Assembly: GCA_049976425.1 (NCBI GenBank)
Contig: JBMFIG010000001.1
Span: 1-64,000, forward strand
DNA length: 64,000 bases
Direction: 5' to 3'
DNA from: Thermoproteus sp.
GTDB lineage: Archaea; Thermoproteota; Thermoprotei; Thermoproteales; Thermoproteaceae
This document shows, piece by piece, positions 57,028 to 64,000 of this stretch (positions are counted from its first letter, which is position 1; the number at the start of each line of letters is the position of its first letter). The position numbers were made by a program, and so were the translations under genes. The notes beneath the pieces are model-generated. The model had not been told where the DNA came from, made no database searches, and saw only the letters and a list, made by a program, of their open reading frames with translations.

Positions 57028-57922
57028 GGAGCGCCATCCTCAGCGGGACGCCGTACGCGGCCTGCCTGAAATAGGCCGCGTGTCTCGTCCCATCCACGGA
57101 GGGATCCAGCTCGTCTACTCTGGGCAACGGGTGGAGCACTATTAGGCCGTCCTTAGCCCCCCTTAAGGACTCCGCAGTAAGCCTATAGCTGCCCCTAACC
57201 CTCTCGTACTCTAGGGGGTCCAAGAACCTCTCCTTCTGTATCCTGACGACGTAGAGAACGTCGAGCTCCCCCAACGCCTCCTCGAGCCGCGAGTAGAACT
57301 CGTAGCGGAGGCCTCTGGACTGTATATAGTCCAGAGTCTCCTGGCGCGGCCTCAAGAACTCGGGCGATATCAAGGCCACCTCGACGTCGAACAACGCGAG
57401 TCCCTCCAGCAACGAGTTGACGGTCCTCGCGTACTTCAAGTCGCCCATCACGCCTATCCTCAACCCGTCCACCCTGCCTTTCTCCCGCCAGATCGTGTAT
57501 AGGTCCAACATGGCCTGTGTGGGGTGGTTGAACGAGCCGTCGCCGGCGTTTATGACCGGCGACTGCGCTATCTCGGCCGCAAGCTTAGCGGCGCCCTCAA
57601 GCTTGTGTCTCACCACGATCACGTCGGCGTAGGCGTCGAGCATCCTGATGGTGTCCGAAAACGTCTCGCCCTTCTCGACGCTGGTCCCCTCGGCGCTCGA
57701 GAAGCCGATGACATCCCCGCCGAGCCTCTTCATGGCCGTCTCGAAGCTGAGGCGGGTCCGCGTAGAGGGCTCGAAGAAAGCCACAGCCATGATTTTCCCC
57801 CTAAGCACGTCGAGGCCCGATCTGGCATATCGCTCCATCTCCCTCGCCTTCTCGAAGAGGACCTCCAGATCCCTCCTGGAGAAGTCCCGCATAGATATTA
57901 CGTCCCTCCCTCGCCAGGACAC
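57008..57922 (-). CDS. pyrB: Aspartate carbamoyltransferase catalytic subunit
   Basis: FEPSTRT, KGET, HPTQ, HPLPR. Confidence 0.97.
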   Translation of the reverse strand: MSWRGRDVISMRDFSRRDLEVLFEKAREMERYARSGLDVLRGKIMAVAFFEPSTRTRLSFETAMKRLGGDVIGFSSAEGTSVEKGETFSDTIRMLDAYADVIVVRHKLEGAAKLAAEIAQSPVINAGDGSFNHPTQAMLDLYTIWREKGRVDGLRIGVMGDLKYARTVNSLLEGLALFDVEVALISPEFLRPRQETLDYIQSRGLRYEFYSRLEEALGELDVLYVVRIQKERFLDPLEYERVRGSYRLTAESLRGAKDGLIVLHPLPRVDELDPSVDGTRHAAYFRQAAYGVPLRMALLSLILS

Positions 57923-57961
57923 TCACCATAAGGCAATTAAATTAAATATTGTCCTCTCGGC

Positions 57962-58561
57962 ATGTATCCCGTAGTGGTAGCGCTCGATACGGATCTAAAG
58001 ACAGCGTTGGAGATTGCCAGGGCGTTGCGGGACGATGTGGCCGGCTATAAGGTGGGCTGGGATTTAGTCCTCGAAGCCGGCCTCGAGGCGGTGAGGGCCA
58101 TCTCGCGGCTGGGCCCCGTCGTGGTCGACCTCAAGCTGGCCGACGTCCCCCACATAGTCAAGCGCGTCGTGGACAAACTGTCGTCCGCCGGCGCGTGTTG
58201 CGCCATAGCCCACGGATTCCTGTTGCCCAGCCTGGAGAGGGACGAGAGGCTCTACGTGCTGGTTAAGATGACCGTCGGCTCGCAGTACGACAGGCTGTGG
58301 AAGGAGCTGTTGGGCGAGGTCGTCGGCTTTCGGGGAGTCGTGGCGCCGGGCAACGAGCCCCGGGCGATCTCGGCGATCAGGTCCTCGCTTGGTTGCTCAA
58401 CTAGGATAGTCTCGCCCGGCATAGGCGCCCAGGGCGGCAGGCCTGGGGACGCCATAAGGGCCGGCGCCGATTTCGAGATAGTGGGCAGGTATCTGCTGGA
58501 GAACCCGGCCAGAGTGTCCGAGTGGGCTGGGCTAAGATCGCCGTGCGGGAACTCCCTCTAG
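57962..58561 (+). CDS. pyrF: Orotidine-5'-phosphate decarboxylase
   Basis: VALD, DLKLADVP, PGIGAQGG, IVGR. Confidence 0.93.
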   Translation: MYPVVVALDTDLKTALEIARALRDDVAGYKVGWDLVLEAGLEAVRAISRLGPVVVDLKLADVPHIVKRVVDKLSSAGACCAIAHGFLLPSLERDERLYVLVKMTVGSQYDRLWKELLGEVVGFRGVVAPGNEPRAISAIRSSLGCSTRIVSPGIGAQGGRPGDAIRAGADFEIVGRYLLENPARVSEWAGLRSPCGNSL

Positions 58562-58641
58562 GAGACGGCCGGAGGCATAGGTGTCGTGCCGCAGTGACAA
58601 CAGCCGCAAACCTCTTTTAAATAGGGCTGTATATATCGACA

Positions 58642-59100
58642 ATGCCGTCCACTGAGCTGATCGTCAGCAAGATCGAGAACGGGACGGTTATCGACCATAT
58701 ACCGGCCGGCCGTGCCCTCGCCGTGTTGAGGATACTCGGCATAACTGGGCGTGAGGGGATCAGAGTAGCCTTGGTTATGAACGTGGAGTCGAAGAAATTG
58801 GGCAGGAAAGACATAGTCAAGATAGAGGGCAGGGAGCTGACGCCGGACGAGGTAGACGTGATCTCGGCGGTTGCCCCCACTGCTACTATAAATATAATAA
58901 AGAACTACGAGGTGGTGAAGAAGTACAAGGTGAGGCCGCCCCACGTCATTAGGGGCAAGTTCAAGTGCAGGAACCCAAACTGTATAACCAACCAACACAG
59001 AGAGCACGTAGTGACGTCCTTCGTCTTGGTGAAGGAAGAGCCTCCGACGTTCGCGTGCGAGTACTGCGGCAGATACCACAGCTTGGAGGAGCTGGTCTGA
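58642..59100 (+). CDS. pyrI: Aspartate carbamoyltransferase regulatory subunit
   Basis: [26 protein letters not shown]. Confidence 0.96.
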   Translation: MPSTELIVSKIENGTVIDHIPAGRALAVLRILGITGREGIRVALVMNVESKKLGRKDIVKIEGRELTPDEVDVISAVAPTATINIIKNYEVVKKYKVRPPHVIRGKFKCRNPNCITNQHREHVVTSFVLVKEEPPTFACEYCGRYHSLEELV

Positions 59101-59538
59101 TCACTTAACTACGACCGTTTCTGGCGGCGGGATTTCGGGGTTCAGCTCCAGCGCCTTGTCGCCGTAGCCGCAGATAGGCGTGTCGTTGAGGGGCTGTGCC
59201 ACTACCTGTCCCGTGACCTTTATGCCCTCTATCCAGACTATCCTCAACGGTATGTACGTGTCGTGCATCCAGAAACACCAAGTCGAGTTCTTGCCGAAGA
59301 GGAACAACATGCCCACCGCGCCGACTCCTCTGGGGTCGTACGACGTCGAGTTCATGTAGCCTCTAGTCCATTTAGCCGGGGTGTCCGCCAGATATACGGT
59401 GTAGGGCGTCCCGTCTAGAAGAACGACGACGGTTCTAGAAAACGGATCGTCGGATCGGGCCGCGTTGTGCGGGGCGGCGAGCGATATCGCGATCAGCGCA
59501 ATGGCGAGCGCGACGAGCGCCCACGCCCATTTCCTCAT
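59101..59538 (-). CDS. DUF192-family exported protein
   Basis: Signal peptide; ADT...RGYM, GMLFLF, FWMHDT. Confidence 0.85.
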   Translation of the reverse strand: MRKWAWALVALAIALIAISLAAPHNAARSDDPFSRTVVVLLDGTPYTVYLADTPAKWTRGYMNSTSYDPRGVGAVGMLFLFGKNSTWCFWMHDTYIPLRIVWIEGIKVTGQVVAQPLNDTPICGYGDKALELNPEIPPPETVVVK

Positions 59539-60323
59539 ACGCTGTGCGTCAAGTAGTCGATCCTCCCGCCGTCGACGACCAGCACTTGTCCTGTGATGAA
59601 CCTAGCCTCGTCGGACGCGAGGAAGGCCACGGCCTTGGCTATATCGCTTGGGGTCGCCACGGAGCGTAGGGCCGTTCTGTTGACTATATCGGACTTGGCC
59701 CTCTCCACCTCCTCGCGGGTTCTGCCCCTTGTGGTTAGGTCCGTCTCTATCCAGCTGGGCGCCACCGCGTTGACCCTGATGCCGTATGGGGCGAGGTCGA
59801 ACGCGAGCCTTCTAGTCAGCATAATCACAGCGGCCTTAGTCACCGCGTAGTACGTGGTGTTCGTCAAGGCCGTGCCGAGGCCGGCTATCGACGCTATGTT
59901 TATCACCACGCCTCTGCTCCTCTTCAGGTAGGGCAACGCCTCCAACGTGACGTATATAGGCCCCTTAACGTTGATATACCACATCCTGTCGAAGCGCTCC
60001 TCGTCGAGTTGCTCGAACGGCATCAGCTCCATGACGCCGGCGTTGTTTACGACTATATCCAGCCCGCCGAAGGTGCGCGCTACGTCCTCCACCATCTTTT
60101 TGACCTCTTGCCTCTTCGAGACGTCGGCCTTGAAGATCTCGGCGCCTTCGCCCAGCTCCCTCCTCAACGCCTCAGCGGCCTCTCTGGAGGAGTTGTAGTT
60201 TATAGCCACGCGCGCCCCCCGCGAGCGGAGCTCTCTGGCTATGGCGGCGCCGATGCCCCTCGAGGCGCCCGTAACCAACGCGACCTTGCCCGACAAGCTC
60301 ATGTCACGCATCGTTGCTGGCAT
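59535..60323 (-). CDS. SDR-family oxidoreductase
   Basis: TGASRGIG, NNAG, YAVTK. Confidence 0.92.
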   Translation of the reverse strand: MPATMRDMSLSGKVALVTGASRGIGAAIARELRSRGARVAINYNSSREAAEALRRELGEGAEIFKADVSKRQEVKKMVEDVARTFGGLDIVVNNAGVMELMPFEQLDEERFDRMWYINVKGPIYVTLEALPYLKRSRGVVINIASIAGLGTALTNTTYYAVTKAAVIMLTRRLAFDLAPYGIRVNAVAPSWIETDLTTRGRTREEVERAKSDIVNRTALRSVATPSDIAKAVAFLASDEARFITGQVLVVDGGRIDYLTHSV

Positions 60324-60392
60324 TTTTAAGCGTGGCCGCCTCGGCAGATCCCCCGTGCGCGAAATATTAAAATACGTGCGGGGCCTTTGCCG

Positions 60393-61685
60393 ATGGCCGA
60401 GGTAAGCCCTAGGCGGTACTGGTCGGCGGCAGTCTCGACTATGTTGATCTGGGGTCTTGAATACTACGACATAATACTGTTCTCGAGCCTTGCTACGGTT
60501 TTCCAGAAGCTGTTCTTTCCCGAGAAGACCCAGTTGCTGGCTGCCGTGACCACTTGGGGCGCCTTCGCCATTACCTATCTGGCGAGGCCTCTAGGCGCGG
60601 TTATCTTCGGCCATATAGGCGATAGGTACGGCAGGAGGACGTCGACTGTGCTCGACGCGCTTGCTGTGGGAGTGGCCGGGCTCGCCATAGGCCTTCTCCC
60701 GACGTACCAAGACATCGGCATAGCGGCCCCCATAGCCCTATATCTGCTGAGGACCGTGCAGGGGCTCGGTATAGGCGGCGAGGCCGGCGGCGGCGCCACT
60801 TGGGCCCTCGAGCTGACGCCGAAGAACATGCGGCCGTACGTCAACGGCGTTATGTACTCCGGCCTCTCTTGGGCGGTCTTCCTCACGTCGGCCATGACGT
60901 TGTGGGCCAAGAGCTTCTTCGGCACCGAGGGCTTCACGGCGGTCGGGTGGAGGGTCTTGTACATAGTTGGCGTGGTGCCCGCGCTCATAGCCTTGGCCAT
61001 AAGGGTCTTCGGGTCGGAGTCGCGCGAGTGGCTGGAGGCGGCGCGCAGAGGCAAGATAGTCAAAGCGCCTATAGCTAAAATATGGAGCTACTGGATTAAT
61101 TTTGTTATATTAATATTAATAAATCTAGGACTTACATTATATTACTATGGAGGATCTGGTTATTGGACATATATAATGCCGAATATAGTGGCGCCTAAGC
61201 TCGGCCTAAGTAAAGACCTTGCGTACAGCTTCTCGCTGGAGCTCACCATGTACGGCGGCCTCGGCGCTGTCGTAGGCGAGTTGCTGAGCGGTTTCCTGAT
61301 ATCGGCGGTGGGAGTGAGGCGCGCCTTCATTCCTCCCTCCCTCGGCCTCCTCGTAGTGGCGCCTCTCGCGGCATACCTCGCCTTCTCCCTAAATAGCTAC
61401 GCGGTTTACGCCTCCTTTGCGATGGGCCTATTCTTCGGCCTCGCCGCGGCGCCTCAGACCCTTTACTTCGTCGAGCTGTTCCCGACCGAGGTCAGATGGA
61501 CGGCGGTGTCGCTGGGCTGGAACATAAACGCGTTGCTAGGCCCTCTGGGCTCCCTCGCGGCCCTGCTCCTCATAATGGAGGCTCCGGCGTCTGTAGTTTC
61601 CATAGCGATATACGGCTCCCTGGTCGCTCTGGCCAGCGCCCTGCTTACGATAGCCGGAGCGCTCATAAGGCCGAGAAGCTATTAA
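60393..61685 (+). CDS. MFS metabolite:H+ symporter
   Basis: EYYD, RPLGAVIFGHIGDRYGRR, QGLGIGGE, ELFPTEVR. Confidence 0.92.
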   Translation: MAEVSPRRYWSAAVSTMLIWGLEYYDIILFSSLATVFQKLFFPEKTQLLAAVTTWGAFAITYLARPLGAVIFGHIGDRYGRRTSTVLDALAVGVAGLAIGLLPTYQDIGIAAPIALYLLRTVQGLGIGGEAGGGATWALELTPKNMRPYVNGVMYSGLSWAVFLTSAMTLWAKSFFGTEGFTAVGWRVLYIVGVVPALIALAIRVFGSESREWLEAARRGKIVKAPIAKIWSYWINFVILILINLGLTLYYYGGSGYWTYIMPNIVAPKLGLSKDLAYSFSLELTMYGGLGAVVGELLSGFLISAVGVRRAFIPPSLGLLVVAPLAAYLAFSLNSYAVYASFAMGLFFGLAAAPQTLYFVELFPTEVRWTAVSLGWNINALLGPLGSLAALLLIMEAPASVVSIAIYGSLVALASALLTIAGALIRPRSY

Positions 61686-61705
61686 TTAGAGCCCTATTTT
61701 TTCCA

Positions 61706-63052
61706 ATGAGGGATCTTAAGAGGAAATTCGGCGATAGGTTCGTAGACGATCCGGCCTTCCTTTCTCTCTACTCCCGCGAGGCCTCGTTCGAGGAGGCCTC
61801 GGCGAAGCCTCTAGGGGTGGTCTTCCCCACCTCCGAGGAGGAGGTTCTGTGGCTGGTCAGATGGGCCTACGAGACCGAGACGCCTATATTTTCCCAAGGC
61901 TCGGCCACGAGCCTCTCCGGCAACACCGTGGTGACTAGGCCGGGCATCGTGGTCAGCTTCGAGCGCATGAATAAAATCGTCGAGGTGGACCCCACGGACT
62001 CCTACGCAGTCGTCCAGCCCGGCTTGAGGCTGGAGGAGCTGAACGTGGAGCTGTCTAGGTACGGCGTGTTCTTCCCCGTAGATCCAGGCTCGGTGAGGTC
62101 GGCCACGGTAGGCGGCGCGATAGCCAACGGCGCCGGCGGGATGCGCGGCGCCAAGTACGGCACGATGAGGGATTGGGTGCTCGGGCTGAGGGCCGTCACG
62201 GGCAGGGGCGATCTCCTGGAGATGGGTTGCAGGACGCTTAAGTGCAGAAACGGCTACGACCTAGTCAGGCTCTTCGTGGGTAGCGAGGGCACGTTGGGCC
62301 TCGTCACCGAGGCCGTCCTGAGGATAGCCCCTATGCCTGAGTCCGCGGCGGCCGTCCTGGCCTATTATGACAGCCTTGAGACTTTGGTCGAGGACGTGGT
62401 GCGGGTTAGGTCGGCGAGGATATGGCCTCTATTCGCCGAGTTCCTAGGCCCGGCCGAGTCGAAGGAGGTGGGCCTCGAGGAGAGGTATACCCTTTTCTTG
62501 GGGGTGGACGTCAATAGAGGCGCCGAGAGGGACATGTTGGGTAGGCTTAAGGGGATCGTCAGAGGCGCCGTGGCTGAGGAGGCCGTTGGCCTAGACCGCT
62601 CGATGGAGTTGCTGGAGCCCCGCCGCAAACTGTTCAGCGCACAGGTGGCGTTGATGCAGAGGCAGTTGGGTAGCGAGGGGCTGTTGATAATAGAGGATAT
62701 AGTCGTGCCCGTCTCGAAGCTACCCGAGGCCGTCCGACGCGTGGTCGAGCTCGCGAATAGGATGGAGATCCCGCTCTCGCTGGGAGGGCACGTAGGCGAC
62801 GGCAACCTGCACCCCACTACGTGGTTCAGGAAAGGGGATCTAGAGGGCGCCAGGCGGGTAAGGGCCTTCATCGAGGGGATAGGGAAGATAGCGATAGGCC
62901 TGGGGGGTAGCGTCTCGGCGGAGCACGGCATAGGCACCTTGAAACGGGATCTGTTGAAGATGGAGCTGACGCCCACGGCGATAGAGTACATGAAGGCGCT
63001 CAAGTCGGTGTTCGACCCCAAGGGGATATTGAACCCCGGCAAGATATTATGA
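61706..63052 (+). CDS. FAD-linked oxidase (D-lactate dehydrogenase/GlcD-like)
   Basis: GSEGTLG, HVGDGNLH, AEHGIG, FDPKGILNPGK; start at ATG 61706. Confidence 0.9.
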   Translation: MRDLKRKFGDRFVDDPAFLSLYSREASFEEASAKPLGVVFPTSEEEVLWLVRWAYETETPIFSQGSATSLSGNTVVTRPGIVVSFERMNKIVEVDPTDSYAVVQPGLRLEELNVELSRYGVFFPVDPGSVRSATVGGAIANGAGGMRGAKYGTMRDWVLGLRAVTGRGDLLEMGCRTLKCRNGYDLVRLFVGSEGTLGLVTEAVLRIAPMPESAAAVLAYYDSLETLVEDVVRVRSARIWPLFAEFLGPAESKEVGLEERYTLFLGVDVNRGAERDMLGRLKGIVRGAVAEEAVGLDRSMELLEPRRKLFSAQVALMQRQLGSEGLLIIEDIVVPVSKLPEAVRRVVELANRMEIPLSLGGHVGDGNLHPTTWFRKGDLEGARRVRAFIEGIGKIAIGLGGSVSAEHGIGTLKRDLLKMELTPTAIEYMKALKSVFDPKGILNPGKIL

Positions 63053-64000
63053 CGGAGAAGTGGCAGGAGCTGTTCCGGAGAGCCGCCGAGGGGGCCCTGG
63101 CGCGCGTAGACGACGCGCTCAAGACGCACGGATATCTAAGGCAGTTAGCCGAGAGGGTCAGAGAGGCCCGCCTAGAGGTGCTGAACAATCTGGACTACTA
63201 CATAGAGGCCACCAAGAAGGCCGTCGAGAGCATAGGGGGGAGGGCCTACCTCGCGGATACCGCCGAAGACGCCAGAGAGATAGTGGGCAAGATAGTGGGC
63301 AGAGGCAAGGTGGTGGTGTTTGGGAAATCCAACACGGCGCTCGAGGTCGGGCTCAGGGAATATCTGGCCGAGATGGGCAACGAGGTATGGGAGACCGACC
63401 TAGGCGAGTTCATCGTGCAGATCGGCGACGATAAGCCCTCTAACATGATCACGCCTGCGCTACACCTCAGCAGAGGTGACGTGGCCAAGCTGTTCAGAGA
63501 GCGGCTGGGCCTAGACGTAGGCGACGACCCGTCGAAGCTGGCCACAGCCGCCGGGGACTTCCTTAGGGCTAAGTTCGCCAAGGCCGACGTGGGGATAACC
63601 GGGGCCAACGCGATCGCCGCAGATACCGGGGCCGTCGTGAATGTGGAAAATGAAGGCAACATACGTAAAGCGACTGTGATGCCCCCCGTCCACATAGTGG
63701 TGGCGGGCGTCGAGAAGATAGTGCCGACGCTGGTCGACGCGGTTAGCCAGGCGATCGTGCAGGCCGCATACCACGGGCTGTTTCCGCCTACATATCTCGA
63801 GGTGTCGGCAGGCCCCTCGTCCACCGGCGATATAGAGCTGGTGCGCGTGAGGCCTGCGCAGGGGCCTAGAGAATTCCACTTGGTCCTAGTGGACAACGGC
63901 AGGAGGGCGGCCGCGAAGGATCCCGTTATGAGAGAGGCGTTGTTGTGCATAAGATGCGTCCGGTGCGGCTTCGTGTGCCCCGTCTATAGGGCGGTGGGCC
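63049..64000 (+). CDS. lutB: Lactate utilisation protein B (LUD domain + Fe-S), truncated by window end
   Basis: KSN, ETDLGEFIVQ, GITGAN, ENEGN, GPSSTGDIE, DNGR, CIRCVRCGFVCPVY. Confidence 0.88.
   Translation, partial: MTEKWQELFRRAAEGALARVDDALKTHGYLRQLAERVREARLEVLNNLDYYIEATKKAVESIGGRAYLADTAEDAREIVGKIVGRGKVVVFGKSNTALEVGLREYLAEMGNEVWETDLGEFIVQIGDDKPSNMITPALHLSRGDVAKLFRERLGLDVGDDPSKLATAAGDFLRAKFAKADVGITGANAIAADTGAVVNVENEGNIRKATVMPPVHIVVAGVEKIVPTLVDAVSQAIVQAAYHGLFPPTYLEVSAGPSSTGDIELVRVRPAQGPREFHLVLVDNGRRAAAKDPVMREALLCIRCVRCGFVCPVYRAVG

Overview
A 64-kb, GC-rich, gene-dense chromosomal segment of a Thermoproteales crenarchaeon, probably Thermoproteus-like. This is inferred from the Arcade cluster, a tRNA with a non-canonical intron, a PaREP-like remnant and scattered A-type ATP synthase genes. 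Core content: tRNA-Trp (partial, at the left edge), pyrD/pyrE and pyrB/pyrF/pyrI with a carbamate kinase, tetraether lipid synthase, the complete Arcade cytoskeleton cluster (crenactin plus arcadins 1-4) next to alba, topoisomerase VI split by a three-gene insert, the proteasome/exosome superoperon, NfeD-stomatin, A-ATPase subunits, hisS, mtnA and a lactate-utilisation block at the right edge. Features absent from the ORF track and read directly from the sequence: four clear C/D box sRNAs, arcadin-3, a 50-aa ORF between atpD and atpK, a frameshifted Nudix start and several operator-like palindromes. One sRNA guide matches C34 of the tRNA-Trp in this window, and two sRNAs abut tail-to-tail. The best candidates for undescribed biology are: (i) a divergent MacB-type ABC transporter + long coiled-coil surface protein / MMPL exporter locus; (ii) sharply bounded ~5-15% GC patches inside GC-rich conserved genes, sometimes spaced ~400 bp apart; (iii) a sixth gene overlapping the end of the Arcade operon. 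All family calls come from motif recognition; no database searches were run.
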